Positions 9,831 through 21,464 of a stretch of 64,000 nucleotides of DNA are shown here, piece by piece. Made by a program: the position numbers and the translations under genes. Source of the stretch: Epithemia pelagica. Its lineage: Eukaryota > Protista > Bacillariophyta. Each line of letters begins with the position of its first letter. Position 1 is the stretch's first letter. The notes beneath the pieces were generated by a model. The model was not told where the DNA came from. It did no database searches and was given only the letters and a program-made list of their open reading frames with translations. The DNA lies in contig OX337236.1 of NCBI GenBank assembly GCA_946965045.2, positions 1,612,001 to 1,676,000 of the forward strand. Reading direction: 5' to 3'.

Positions 9831-11861
9831 ATGGCTCCCTCTGGTCCCGATGCATCCAACGCTTCCTTGCCCGCTGCCTCTCCGGTGACGGTTTCCATTC
9901 CTCCCGTCCCCTCGTGCGAACGGGGAGAACGATGTGCCTTGGATGGGATTGCCGGTCGAGTCAACAAGGGCAAGGCCGTCTTGGCCTATCCTTCGGGTCG
10001 TAACGTGGTCGTCCGCAACATTGATGGAGAACTCCTCTTGCCGGCCACCGAATCCAAAGTGGATGCCTTGGTGTATCGTGGCCATGCCTACAATGCCACG
10101 TCGGCCAAATTTTCGCCCAGCGGTGCTTGGATGTGTTCTGGCGACGATCGAGGACGGATTCGTATTTGGGCCTTTGATCATGAAGAACACTTGTGCAAAT
10201 ACGAATGCCATGGATTGACTGGACCCGTCCGGGATATCGATTGGGATTTTGAAAGCAAACGGGTCGTGTTTGGTGGAGAAAAGGATGGAGCCGGTGCCTC
10301 GGATTGTGCGCGCGCCATTCAATGGGATACCGGGGTCAGTGTCGGACAATTGGCGGCCCATCTCAAGGGACGATGCACCTCGGTTGCCTTTAAACCTTCA
10401 CGACCCTTCAAGTTGGTGACGGCTGGAAAAGATGATCACAAGACGTATTTGCACAAGGGACCACCCTTTCAAAAGGTCCCCGTGGTGGATGGAGTTCCCG
10501 AAGAAAATGCGCACAGCAAGGGAAGTATTTTTTGCCTTCGGTACAATTCCAGTGGGACCCTTGCCGTTTCGGTCGGTACCGATCGGAGTATTTGTTCCTA
10601 CGAAGGCAAGGAATTCAAACTCTTGAGCAAATTGGAAAATGTCCATGCGGCGACCATTTACTCCGTGGCCTGGGCCGATGACGACAAGACCATCATGACC
10701 GCCGCAGGCGATGGTACCTGCAAGTTGTTGGAAGTGGCCGCCGATGGTACCATGACGGAAAAGGGAACCTGGAAGCCGGCCGAATTTCAATTGGGCAAGT
10801 CCTTTGACAAGGTTCCCTTGGGCGGCAATCAATTGGGCTGTACCTTTGTCAATGGCAAAACTCCCGTCGCCGTGGGATTGAATGGTCAATTGTCCGTGTT
10901 GCCCGCCACTCCGGCCGGTACGTCGGGCATTCGGGTCATGACCGGTCATTATGCCGCCATTAATGCATTGGCCGTCCATGCGGAAGCCAAGAAATTTTAT
11001 ACCGGCGATTCCAATGGTATTTTGTGCGAATGGGACTTGACCACCGGTCAACCCGTGGGCCGTCTCTCCAAGGGAAACAATGACGATTTGATGTATGTGA
11101 CACATGGAGGAGCCATTTCCGGACTGGCAGTGACGCCCGGTACCAAGACCATGTACAGTGTGGGATGGGATGACAAGGCCTATGTCACTGCCAATGGCAA
11201 CAAGGTACAAGACTCTCCCTTGTCCTTGGGAGGACAACCGTCGGCCGCTGGGGCGGGAAGCTCGGTGGCGGTGGTGTGTACCGTCAAGGGATTGCATGTG
11301 ATTCAAGGTACGGCCATTTCCGACTTGGTTGCCACCTCCTACACTCCCCAAGCAGTCTGTGTCAGCAGCGACGACAAGACTGCCTATGTGGGAGGAGACG
11401 ACTGCAAGGTTCATATTTATTCCATTGGCAAGTTGTCCTTGTCTGAAACAAGTGTCATTGCCAATGGCCATCGACAACCCATTCATTCTCTGGCCTTGTC
11501 CAACAAGGGAACCAAATTGGCCTCGGCCGATGTCAAGGATGTTTGTGTCTTTGATTTGGAAAATGGCAACAAACCACTGGTGGGCAAGGGACGCTGGTGT
11601 TTCCACATGCAACGCATTACCACCTTGTCCTGGTCCCCCGATGACAAGGTCATTGCCTCGGGCGGTGCGGATGATTCCATTTACTTGTGGTGCTTGGAAA
11701 AGTTGGGCAAACGCATTCATTACCAATTTGCTCATCGTGGAGGTATTACCGGTCTCGCCTTTTTGCCCACGGCCGGCGCCTACAAGTTTGTGTCCGTGGG
11801 TGTGGATTCCGTGGTCAATCAATGGGATGCTGCAGCCGATGTCCAAGACAAGTTTCAGTAA
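9831..11861 (+). CDS. AIP1: Actin-interacting protein 1 (WD40 repeat, AIP1/WDR1)
   Basis: 'YRGHAYNATSAKFSPSGAWMCSGDDRGRIRIW', 'FKPSRPFKLVTAG', 'WCFHMQRITTLSWSPD' and multiple WD repeats. Confidence 0.88.
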   Translation: MAPSGPDASNASLPAASPVTVSIPPVPSCERGERCALDGIAGRVNKGKAVLAYPSGRNVVVRNIDGELLLPATESKVDALVYRGHAYNATSAKFSPSGAWMCSGDDRGRIRIWAFDHEEHLCKYECHGLTGPVRDIDWDFESKRVVFGGEKDGAGASDCARAIQWDTGVSVGQLAAHLKGRCTSVAFKPSRPFKLVTAGKDDHKTYLHKGPPFQKVPVVDGVPEENAHSKGSIFCLRYNSSGTLAVSVGTDRSICSYEGKEFKLLSKLENVHAATIYSVAWADDDKTIMTAAGDGTCKLLEVAADGTMTEKGTWKPAEFQLGKSFDKVPLGGNQLGCTFVNGKTPVAVGLNGQLSVLPATPAGTSGIRVMTGHYAAINALAVHAEAKKFYTGDSNGILCEWDLTTGQPVGRLSKGNNDDLMYVTHGGAISGLAVTPGTKTMYSVGWDDKAYVTANGNKVQDSPLSLGGQPSAAGAGSSVAVVCTVKGLHVIQGTAISDLVATSYTPQAVCVSSDDKTAYVGGDDCKVHIYSIGKLSLSETSVIANGHRQPIHSLALSNKGTKLASADVKDVCVFDLENGNKPLVGKGRWCFHMQRITTLSWSPDDKVIASGGADDSIYLWCLEKLGKRIHYQFAHRGGITGLAFLPTAGAYKFVSVGVDSVVNQWDAAADVQDKFQ

Positions 11862-12665
11862 ACTTCTACGACTTGTTGTGACACGAACAGCAACCGACCG
11901 TTGGGAAGAACGAATGTATCGTGATATATCCATGACATGCACGATGCCACAAGGAGCGAAATGGAATGAGGGAGAAATGTCTCGCCACAATAGCACAACA
12001 ACAACGTATGAGGGTAGTAGAAAATAAAACAGACAAATGTTAAAAATGAATATTGAAATTTGTTTCCAATAGATGATTGTTGAGCGGAGTAAAGTTTCTT
12101 GCCAATGGAGGAGTACATTAACTTTCCAAGGAACAAGTCATGCGCATGAAACGTGACAGCATAGGTCCCTGTGAGGAGTGATGGTATATGGCCAGAGTTC
12201 TATTCCCAGCGAGTTCTTTTTTCTGGCCGCCAGCGGAGTGTGTTCCTGGAACCTTCATCGTTCTTTCGTTTGTACGCATGCGTAGAACGAACACCAAGGT
12301 TCCAAGTGATTGGCGGGTACAACATACATCCAAGGACATGGGAGTATGACTCTGGAATAGGCAAGTGATCATGATGAAAGAGAAAAGCAAGAGAAAACCT
12401 TCCATACATAGATCTCATAGCTCGTGTGATCCGCTTTTGAATTTTAAGTTTTCAAATTTCAAAACTTGCAATCGGAAGTGTTTTGACCACCACGGAAAAA
12501 TTTCAGGAAAGCCGAAGCAATCAGCGATGAGATGTCAGAGGACAACGCGTCGCCACAGCAACATCTTTTACCATCACCGTAGGAGGCTTTGAGTCCAATT
12601 CCGAGGACGTTTGGGCGTTTGTCTCTGATTGACTGATTCTCGTGGAACGGCATCATCCATCAATC

Positions 12666-13571
12666 ATGTCGTCATTACGCAATGCCGTCAAACGCATCAC
12701 GCACAAGGAGCGTTCCCAACCACGGGCGCGATCTCATTTGGGCATTCTCGAAAAGAAAAAAGACTATGTCCAACGTGCACAGGACTACCACAAGAAGGAG
12801 AGTATTGTCAAACGAATGCGTCAGAAGGCTTCGATGCGGAATCCAGATGAATTTTATTTTGGCATGCACAATTCGCAAGTCGATGGGAAAACCGGCAAAC
12901 ATGGCAAAACGCAAGAGGCGAAACAAAAGGAATTTGATCAAGCGGTTGGTGAAGATACCATCCGTATCATGAAAGATCAAGACTTGAGCTACGTTCGTAT
13001 GCAACGTGCGAAGGATCGAAAAAAGATTGAAAAACTGGAAGCGTCCTTGCATTTGTTGGGAGGAGAGACCCATTCTGGACACGTCCAGAGAACGCACACA
13101 ATATTTGTGGATTCGAAAGAAGAAGCAGAGGATTTTGACGCTGCCAAACATTTCGACACTCTCCCAGAGCTGGTAGGTAGAGTTCATAATCGACCACGGA
13201 CAGCCTTGATCAAAGAAATGGCCATGGGAGAAGGATCAGAAAAAGCAAAATCGACGACGCAGCAAGAACAACGACACGATAATGAACGGGATAACAACCA
13301 CCCAGACAAAGGTACCACGGGGAAAACCATGTCAGACTTGCAACGGCAAGCCAAATTTGATCGCAAGAGTGCTCGTCGATTAGCCAAAGCCCGAGCTTCC
13401 GCATACAAGGAAATTGCGGCCCGCACCGAACGAGTACGTGCCATGGAACGGGCCGAGGCGCACTTGGTGACGGAAAAACTGGTGGCTGGTAAAGGCCGCA
13501 AACGAAAGATACAAGGGCAGCAAGACGGTATGCCTGCACAATATGTATGGAGAACAAAACGATTAAAGTAA
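12666..13571 (+). CDS. UTP11: U3 snoRNA-associated protein Utp11
   Basis: 'MSSLRNAVKRITHKERSQP..R.HLGILEKKKDY..RA.DY', 'RNPDEFYFGM', 'QDLSYV' and the C-terminal 'YVWRTKRLK'. Confidence 0.93.
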   Translation: MSSLRNAVKRITHKERSQPRARSHLGILEKKKDYVQRAQDYHKKESIVKRMRQKASMRNPDEFYFGMHNSQVDGKTGKHGKTQEAKQKEFDQAVGEDTIRIMKDQDLSYVRMQRAKDRKKIEKLEASLHLLGGETHSGHVQRTHTIFVDSKEEAEDFDAAKHFDTLPELVGRVHNRPRTALIKEMAMGEGSEKAKSTTQQEQRHDNERDNNHPDKGTTGKTMSDLQRQAKFDRKSARRLAKARASAYKEIAARTERVRAMERAEAHLVTEKLVAGKGRKRKIQGQQDGMPAQYVWRTKRLK

Positions 13572-13709
13572 ATTGGTTGATACATCGGAAGTGTAAAAGT
13601 AGGGCCTTGACGAGGCTGCAACCGAAACAACTTCATTACTTCCTCCCAACCAGTGGAGCATGGAGTGCGTTACTTCGAACTCTTTACAGAGCTGTACGAC
13701 CGGGAATTG

Positions 13710-14597
13710 CTATCTTGCTCTTCTACTTTGAATGGCGCGCTCATCAACACTCTTCTGTACCAAGCGACCCGCTTCTCTGAGGTCTGGTGTATTGGTTCCT
13801 TCCACCAAAATTTTGGAATCATCAAACTTTTGCAAGGCCTGTTTGGAGAAAGCGTCAATGGCTGTCCAGGGGCCAGGATATTCTCGAATCACATAGCCCG
13901 ACAGTTGTGAATTGTAGGTCAGGGGCTTGAGATAGTACGCCATGGTCGCTGCCCCGGGTACGCTGTCGCGATCTTTGGCAAAACCGTTCACAATCACCAC
14001 CTTATTTCGTCCCGTCTCAACCAGCGCTTTGGCAATTTGATAGTCGGTTCGTGTTGAGGGTGCCAAGAGGACACAAACCACATTCGGGGACAGATTCTGT
14101 GGCGCACCGTCGCGAAGGGACCAGCATTTGCCACCGGCAATAGATTTTGCTTTTTGCAAGAATCCAGCCGATGCTGCAGAACTGATCAAGAGACGTACTT
14201 CCGATCCAATCAGTGGCAAGGAAATGGATCCAATCAATTTCTTTCCAAAGTCTAGATTGGCCTTGTCGACTTCCTGTGCTGATTGACGTGATCCGTCACC
14301 AAGCTTGTTCAAGGCTCCAAGTGGAGGCAATTCGCACTCGATCATGGGAAATGATGGGTTCTTGGGAGATCCCAAAGCTCTTTGGATAGACGCAATGGCA
14401 CGGTTGGATCGATCATTGGTTGAAGTGGGTATCTTGGGTGCACCGCCTCCGGCCAAGCCTCCAAATACCATATTCAACGAACAACCGCAACCATTCTTTG
14501 GACCAGCTATTCCAAATCGTTGGTGCGATCGGACAAAAGCCTGAGAGGCTGTGGCAAGCACCAACACAGCCAAAGAGACTATCAGCAACCTCGTCAT
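13710..14597 (-). CDS. DUF1995-domain (LPA3-like) protein with bipartite plastid-targeting signal
   Basis: Signal peptide ending 'ASQAF', plus 'IECELPPL', 'VVIVNG' and 'YYLKPL...GYVIREYPGPW'. Confidence 0.7.
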   Translation of the reverse strand: MTRLLIVSLAVLVLATASQAFVRSHQRFGIAGPKNGCGCSLNMVFGGLAGGGAPKIPTSTNDRSNRAIASIQRALGSPKNPSFPMIECELPPLGALNKLGDGSRQSAQEVDKANLDFGKKLIGSISLPLIGSEVRLLISSAASAGFLQKAKSIAGGKCWSLRDGAPQNLSPNVVCVLLAPSTRTDYQIAKALVETGRNKVVIVNGFAKDRDSVPGAATMAYYLKPLTYNSQLSGYVIREYPGPWTAIDAFSKQALQKFDDSKILVEGTNTPDLREAGRLVQKSVDERAIQSRRAR

Positions 14598-14717
14598 GTT
14601 TTGTAGGAGTAATGTTTGGTCAAACTAGAGGCAACCTGACGGTTTAGCGCATGAGTCACGCCATAATTCCTGAGTCACGACCATGTTGCCCTTTTTCAAT
14701 TTTAAGCAGCGGAATAG

Positions 14718-14878
14718 TCACTTATTCGCGTCGTGGCAAAAAGCAAGTTCCTTATTCAACAAAAGACTAAGCTTAACACTACGTTTTCCCTTTTAGTGAG
14801 GGTGTAAGGAATAATGACTGTTGGGCCTCATTTTTCCCCCATGACTCGTCAATCACGTGTCAATCCCGGATGACCACC
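14718..14878 (-). repeat. 3' LTR of copia element
   Basis: Matches 21047-21207 at 159 of 161 positions. Confidence 0.92.
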
Positions 14879-14947
14879 GTCCCCGCAAGTCCAAGAATCC
14901 ACAGTCCAAAGATGAACGGACTTGACATGACAACCAAACGATGTACG

Positions 14948-17900
14948 TTACAAGTTATGAGCGTTGGTTGAACTGATGGTAGGTGGTCCAGATTGTCCAA
15001 AGGCCGATGAGTATGTGAACTGTGAAACTAACGCATTCCGTCGTTCTTGTGGCAAAATTTTGTAAACAGATCAGCAATGTTAGACTCGGTATCCTCCTTG
15101 CCCACTCGGATGATAGCTGCAGCGGCGGCCTCACGCACAGCGTGGTAGTTGATCGCATTATGGCGTTTCGAGAGGATGGACGATGGAATGCTTGTGTTCT
15201 TGACAACGCCCCGGTTGTCACACATAACATCGGCTGGTTCTGGAACAGGTACTCCGAACATGCGGAGTTTATACCTGAGTGCAACAATCATCTCCTATGC
15301 GATCCTCATGGCGACAAATTCGCTGCCAAAACTTGAGGTCTCCACTGTGTTCTGTCGCTTCGAAAACCACAGAATCGGTGCATTCTGGGCGAAGATGAGT
15401 ATTCCGCTATGAGAACGTCGCGTGACCAGGTTCCCAGCGTGGTCCGCATCCACAAAACAGGTGATTTTTACTGGCCGTCCGAGTGGTTCCGGCATTCCCA
15501 CGGGCAGTTCCTCAGCAACTTCACCGTAAAACTCACGCCATTCGCCCACCGGAACCTGAGCAAAGCATGACTCATCAATTTGCACGTCTTTCGGGTCGAA
15601 GACGATCTTTAATTTTTGGTGTCTCTTGAGGAACGCAAAGATGTGGTATACTGCCTCCAGATGCCCTTCGCGCGGGTTCGCCAAATATTGTGACATGATG
15701 GATACCTCCAGGTAGACGTCCACGCGCCCGAGCTCTACCGCCCATCGCAGAATGCCAATTAGCTGTTGGAATCGAGTCGTCAAATCTGGGCCAAGCTCTG
15801 GACTCGTGTCCAATTCCGGCTTGTACAACGAGACTATGGGCACCCTCGCAGTCGTCTTGAGGTGCTTGCCGTCCCCGTCTTTTTCCAACATATTCTCGAC
15901 AATTCGCACAGCATTTGCGATGTATTTCTCGCTTGTCATTCCCCACGCCCATCGGCCATCTGGTAAGCTATGTTTGTAAATCTGCGCGCCCAAGTAGACA
16001 CTGGGCTCACCAGTACTTCCAGCCTTGATCTTGTAGTGGCTGTCAATTTCGTCTAGAACAGGTTGCGGCTTCTCGCTGACCAATAAAATATCGTCAACGT
16101 ACACCAATATTAATTCATAATATTCTTCACCGGATTCTCGCTTCGCTTTCCTCCTTAGGACACAGGGATCAGCCCTAGTGTCCACGAACCCCATCTCATA
16201 TAGGGTAGCCATAAGCGTCGCCCTCCAACTTGCACCCGAGGATTTCAAGCCGTATAGGGCTCGGGTCATCACGCACACCTTTCCTTTGTCCTCTGTACCT
16301 ACCTCGGATCCACCCAAGAACCACACCTTCTCTCTGCACGGCGCATTTAAGTATGCATTACCGATGTCGCACGCCAGAATATTCAGGTTGTTCAACGCAG
16401 CGATGAGAAAGGCCACTCGTATCGAGTCACGACTCACCACGCTCGAGTAGGTTAGACTCGCGGGCGCATCCGTCATGTGACCGCCAGCTACCAATTGGGC
16501 CTTCCTTGTAAGGTCCATTTTTATATCGAAAACCATGTGGCATTTGATTTCCGTGTAACCGATGAGTTGTTGCCCGGCGCAGACCTCATCCAAACTCAGA
16601 TCTTCGCGTGATTCCCAAGAAATATTCACCACTTTTAACTCTTTCTCTATCGCCTTCTCCCAGTAGTCCGTCCCCGTCTCTTTATCAATCGCGAGTGCCT
16701 CATCGACGGAATGCGGGAGTCGGATTCCGAATTTCTCCGTTGTCTTCCAGTACTTCTTTTTCACTTTGTTGATCATTCGACGCATGTGATTCAACGTCTG
16801 CGGGACCCACCACTGGAATGCCGGCTCCTGTTCGATCCCTTGTGCGACCACGTATTCCGCCAGGTCGATAGGATATCCGTCTTTCACTTCTCTCATGGGC
16901 AGCCATTCTTGTGAACCGTCCATAAGTTCAACAGCAATCTCCCATCCCTTTGTGGTTCTCCTTGGGTGCTTGTTTCCATTGCTCCCTATGGTGAAGCCTT
17001 CTTCCTTGGGAACGGCGTCCCCGTTCTTCCTGTGCCCTACGATTTCCTTCACCAAAAGGAACTCCCTTCCTTCATCATCGATCTTTGCAAAGATATTCTC
17101 AGCGACGACGTTTGCAGTGTACTCATGGATGATTTCCCCCTGGGAATTTAACCTCGTAAGTACGGGTGTCGAACAGTGGATTCTTATTCTTTCTACCCAC
17201 AGGCTTCCCATCTAATCCCTTTTGCCTTTTCACTACTGTTCCAATCAACTGTTCTCCCCCGATGTCCATCTTTATCTGCGCCCCAACATACTCGTCGTAT
17301 GCGTTCCCGAGGTCATCAGCCTCGGGTTTCTCCTCTTGCACCATCCTCCCGTACTCCTCGTCCGACGGGACGAGGCCCTGTCGCCGCCACTCTTCCTCTT
17401 CTACCACCACGTCCTCCAAGTACCCTGGCTTTGCATCTCCGTCGTCGGTAAAATTCCTGTCATCCAACCTTTGCGCAACAATCAACCTAAATTCTACCTC
17501 TTCCTTCTCCTGGTCCTCCTTTGTGACATGCTGGACGGTTGTCCTAGCCACAACCTTGCCAGATTTTGTCAGGATCCAATAGCAAAGATCGCTGCCGATG
17601 CGATGTGCAATGCCAAGCCAGTACCCCAGCTGATATTGTGCCTCCGTGGCATCAGCTTTTTGGTTCGTGTGATACCAAACAACATCGTAAAACTCAAAAT
17701 CAATCCACTCAGAAATATCGGGAGTCTCCCCAGTGAGTCGCTCAATGCCGGAACGGCCGTCGTGTCCCCGGGCGACTCGGCTGAGGAGACCCGCCTCGTA
17801 CACGAGGCCAAAGTCCCATAGACGATTTGGAACTTTGCGATCTTGCATGCGTTGCCTCCATCGCTGTTTCAGCAATCCTATCTCTCGTTCCGCCTTATGA

Positions 17901-20900
17901 TTCTGCTTGCTTGTCCCTTTTTCGGCCCATCGCATGTCAATTCGATGGAAACGAGATAGTTTCTGAAACATCGTATTGCTTCCTGTCTGTTCACCGGCAA
18001 GATCGGCGGTCAACTTTTCAGGTACACCGACCTGGTCGATGAAGTCTGCCAAGGCTTGTCCCGCGTGGGCCTTGGTAGATAGCGGGTAAACCATAGTAAA
18101 TCCACCATCCGTAAATACCTGTGCACATTTGTTCCCAGACAGCGATAGCGTCTTACTAAACAAGGTGTCGGTATACAAATGCGTGTTCAGGCGATTTCGG
18201 TGCAGAGCTAGATTGTCTACCCGATAGCGTCGGGTGATAGGTGCCACGGCCGTGCGGATCCCCTGTTGGGTGGTCACACGGATGGTGTTCTGTGCGGTCT
18301 GCAAACCAATCTTCCACTTGCGACTCAACGACTCCGCCGAAACGCCCGAGTGTCTGGAAGTTTCGAGCTGTGCTACTGACGCCAACTTGCGGTTAATCCC
18401 AGTTGGCTCGAGGACGCTCGAGATGTGACCGATATCCGCCACCGCCACGCCGTGCGCTTCCTTGTACGGGCTCGCGCCTGGCTGCGACAAGTCTACGCGC
18501 TTTGGGTCCCATACTTCCTGTCTAGTGAGTGTCACATGTGGTAACTTCTCTATCTCCTGATAACTAGGCGCCCGGGACTCGAAAAAGATAGTCGTCCCCT
18601 GATTCATGAACGGTATGAAAGCGCCGTCCGCCCATATCCCGAAGCCTTCGCATTCTTGGCGGGTCGGGTCGTCCCGTACAACGTGCCCAGCGTGGCGGAT
18701 CTGGTTTTGGTTGAGTAAGGTTTTCGTCAATTTGGATCCAAACCACAACATTTGATGACCGATCAAGATCATTTCTACACCTGTCTTGCCATCACGGATC
18801 AAGGTCGCACAAGTTGCCACCGGTACATGTTGTGTCCCAACTTGATTTCCTGCAAAATCGTTTACTGAGCACTCCATCCCGGTGGTCTCGACCAGTGTCC
18901 AGTTGTCACCAGCGCAGCACGTGTCTGCCATAGTGTCCATTTCGTTTCGTCGGAGATCTGACCCCCCTGCCTTGTCCTGACTCAACAACCAACTCTGTTC
19001 GACCTTGCCCACGAACCTACGCGGTCCACAAGTGACCATTGACACCTCCCTTCCTTCCTCGTTGTTGTACGCCCCGGCACCAAACCGTCGGCCATTGTTG
19101 CTCCCGCGTTCATTCTCGCCATTTGCTTCGACCGGTCGGTTATCATCGGTTTGGACCATTCCGACGCCTCGTCCGCCGCGTCCACCACCATTTCCTCGAC
19201 CGCCATTACCGCGGCCACGTCCTCCTCTGCCTCCACGGCCTTGCTCCCCTCCGTTGGAATGCTGTCCGCGAAGACATGCCCGTTCGTCGAACACGTATCG
19301 CTGCCCGGCCACGCCCAAGGTTGCCATTTCGTGACTGGTGAATCGACGGTACACGTCGGTAACGTCCACCCCATACAAGGTATACACCCCGTTGGAGTGA
19401 CTGAGCCCTTGAATTTGACGCGGGCGGTTGTTGGAATCAGAAGCTTGGCGACTATCAACTTCGGAAACGAAACGATGTCGGTTGTTCTGGCGTGTCCCCC
19501 CAAGAACAGCCTGCGGAAACAATTCGGACACCTCGGTAGAGATGTAGGAGATGGCTCCTTGGAGATCGGAGCGAAAGTTAGAGCGGACATGTCCCTTAAT
19601 GACGGCAAACTCGGGCGTCGAGAGTTTGATGTTGTCGAGAAGAATCTTGACTTGGTTGGAAGCCGTGCGACGGTTGTCCGTGCTCTCAAGAGTGCGGAAA
19701 GCACGCAACAACTTAGCGGAATAGGCATCAAAACTAAAGATGCGTTCGTTATTATAGAAAATATTGTCAATAACCGCTTCAGCCTTGATGATACGCTTCT
19801 CCTTCTGTCCGCCTCCATCGTAGTGGGCAACGAGAGCTAGCCAAGCCCCGCGTCCATCCTGAGACGCCTGATATGGTTGGATCCAGGTGGCCTGCTGATC
19901 CTTTACCAGATCACTCAGCAGCCGATAGACTTGACGGTTGTCTTCACGATAGAAAGCGCCTTGGAGAGGGTAGCTATACACTTCTCGCTCACGGGCCGTA
20001 GCAAAGACATGTCCAGCGGGTAGATCCGGCCGGATGACATAGTCAATGGCGATCTTCTGCTTTCCGATGACGTTCGATAAGTACGTCGGAAACTCTAGGC
20101 TCCACTCTTCCCAGTTCTCTTCTTTGAGAACGTCGGGCTTAATATCTGGCGACGTATCGTTCGCGTCGGCAATTTCCATCGCGTCCAATGATGTAGCTAA
20201 GGCTAAGACATCAAATTCCCCCGCTAAGATAACACGACCTTGACGCCGGGCCTTGCCTGCCCAGAAACAGAGACCTTGAATGTTCAACACGACACCCGTC
20301 GGAATGCTGATCGGAGGATTCCGTTTCTCCAAGCGCGATGCCAATTGGGAAACGTCATCCGGTCCCATCCTTCCGAACGCGTGCATCGTGTTGAGACGCT
20401 CGGTGACTTCAAGGGCGTAAATCTCATGAGGACTTGCGCCACATACGGCGAGTGCCATCCCTACAGCAGTATGGGGTACACCCCCAACTGGTGGTCCTCC
20501 GCCACCACCACCGCCACCTCCTGGCGCTCCTGGTGCTCCCCCTGGCGCTCCGCCATGGCCTCCGCCACCTGCGGCACCGGCACCACCACCGGCGCCTCCG
20601 CCAGCGCCTCCTCCGGCGCCTCCACCAGCGCCTCCTCCGGCGCCTCCTCCAGCGCCTCCTCTGGCGCCTCCACCGGCACCTCCTCCAGCGCCTCCTCCGG
20701 CACTACCACTCGTGCCTCCTGCGGTGCCCCCTGCACCTCCGACAGCGCCTCCAGCGCCCATGTATGCGGTGCCCCCAGCACCTCCGACAGTCCCGCCATG
20801 GGACCCATGTCCAGCGTGACCGCTGGTTCCTGCTCCTCCTCCACTGGCGCCATCGCCAGGTTTTCCAGGACCGCTCATACGAGCAGCCGTCCCATTGGTC

Positions 20901-21004
20901 GTAAAACCGTTGGGCGCGGCGTTCTTCGGGGTTCCGCATTCCTTCGGATTCCCCTTCGCAGTGTTCGCACCGTTCTTCGTCGTAGAGCGTGTCGTCGTCG
21001 TCAT
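14948..21004 (-). pseudogene. gag-pol polyprotein with two frameshifts and one nonsense codon
   Basis: Frameshift at ~17133-17140 between integrase and RT, in-frame TAG at 15295-15297 (MRIA*EMIVALRYK), and frameshift at ~15054-15061 at the end of RNase H. Confidence 0.88.
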
Positions 21005-21031
21005 CGTCCTTACCTTATCCGTCTTCAGTCG

Positions 21032-21046
21032 GTGGGTCTGATAAAC
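21032..21046 (-). promoter_or_regulatory. Primer-binding site complementary to the anticodon arm of a tRNA-Ile 5' half
   Basis: It abuts the 5' LTR. The complement G-TGGGT-CTGATAA-AC fits tRNA positions 26-40, with a C-U-GAU-A-A loop and A39/C40 able to pair with U31/G30. Confidence 0.65.
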
Positions 21047-21207
21047 TCACTTATTTGCGTCGTGGCAAAAAGCAAGTTCCTTATTCAACAAAAGACTAAG
21101 CTTAACACTACGTTTTCCCTTTTAGTAAGGGTGTAAGGAATAATGACTGTTGGGCCTCATTTTTCCCCCATGACTCGTCAATCACGTGTCAATCCCGGAT
21201 GACCACC
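21047..21207 (-). repeat. 5' LTR of copia element
   Basis: Direct repeat of 14718-14878. Confidence 0.92.
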
Positions 21208-21464
21208 AGAATGAAACAATAGACAGAGCTCGATGAGCTCTATCTGCTGATAATATTTGTTTTGAAAAAGATCAACACCCGGGGAGATGGGGTAATCCTG
21301 AGCAGGTCGCTACCTTACCAGTCAGATACTGACTGTGACCTATTGGAGTTACCGAACGCTTTTTCTGAATAAAGAACACTCTAGCGACAAAAGATGATAT
21401 ACTGACTGCTAGTACTATTAAAACCCACCACCACCCGGTTCATAACCGCTACATATTTGTACTG

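Larger units (their letters stand above)
14718..21207 (-). mobile_element. Full-length Ty1/copia LTR retrotransposon of diatom CoDi type, inactivated
   Basis: 161-bp direct repeats at both ends. Domain order is gag-protease (EMDTMADTC)-integrase (YTDTLF, TAD, AEREIG)-RT (YVDDIL)-RNase H (DADHAG, NIADLFTK). Confidence 0.95.

Noticed and set aside
10398-11996. 532-aa minus-strand ORF
   Set aside because: Antisense to AIP1, an artefact of codon bias.
11855-12600. Short ORFs between AIP1 and UTP11
   Set aside because: No motifs and no supportable exon structure.
20520-20790. Regular 12-bp repeats as a CRISPR-like array
   Set aside because: No unique spacers; this is a coding Gly/Ala repeat in gag.
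18982-21136. Antisense ORFs over copia gag (env-like or accessory gene?)
   Set aside because: Explained by the GC-rich, stop-poor repeat in gag; no TM or domain signal.
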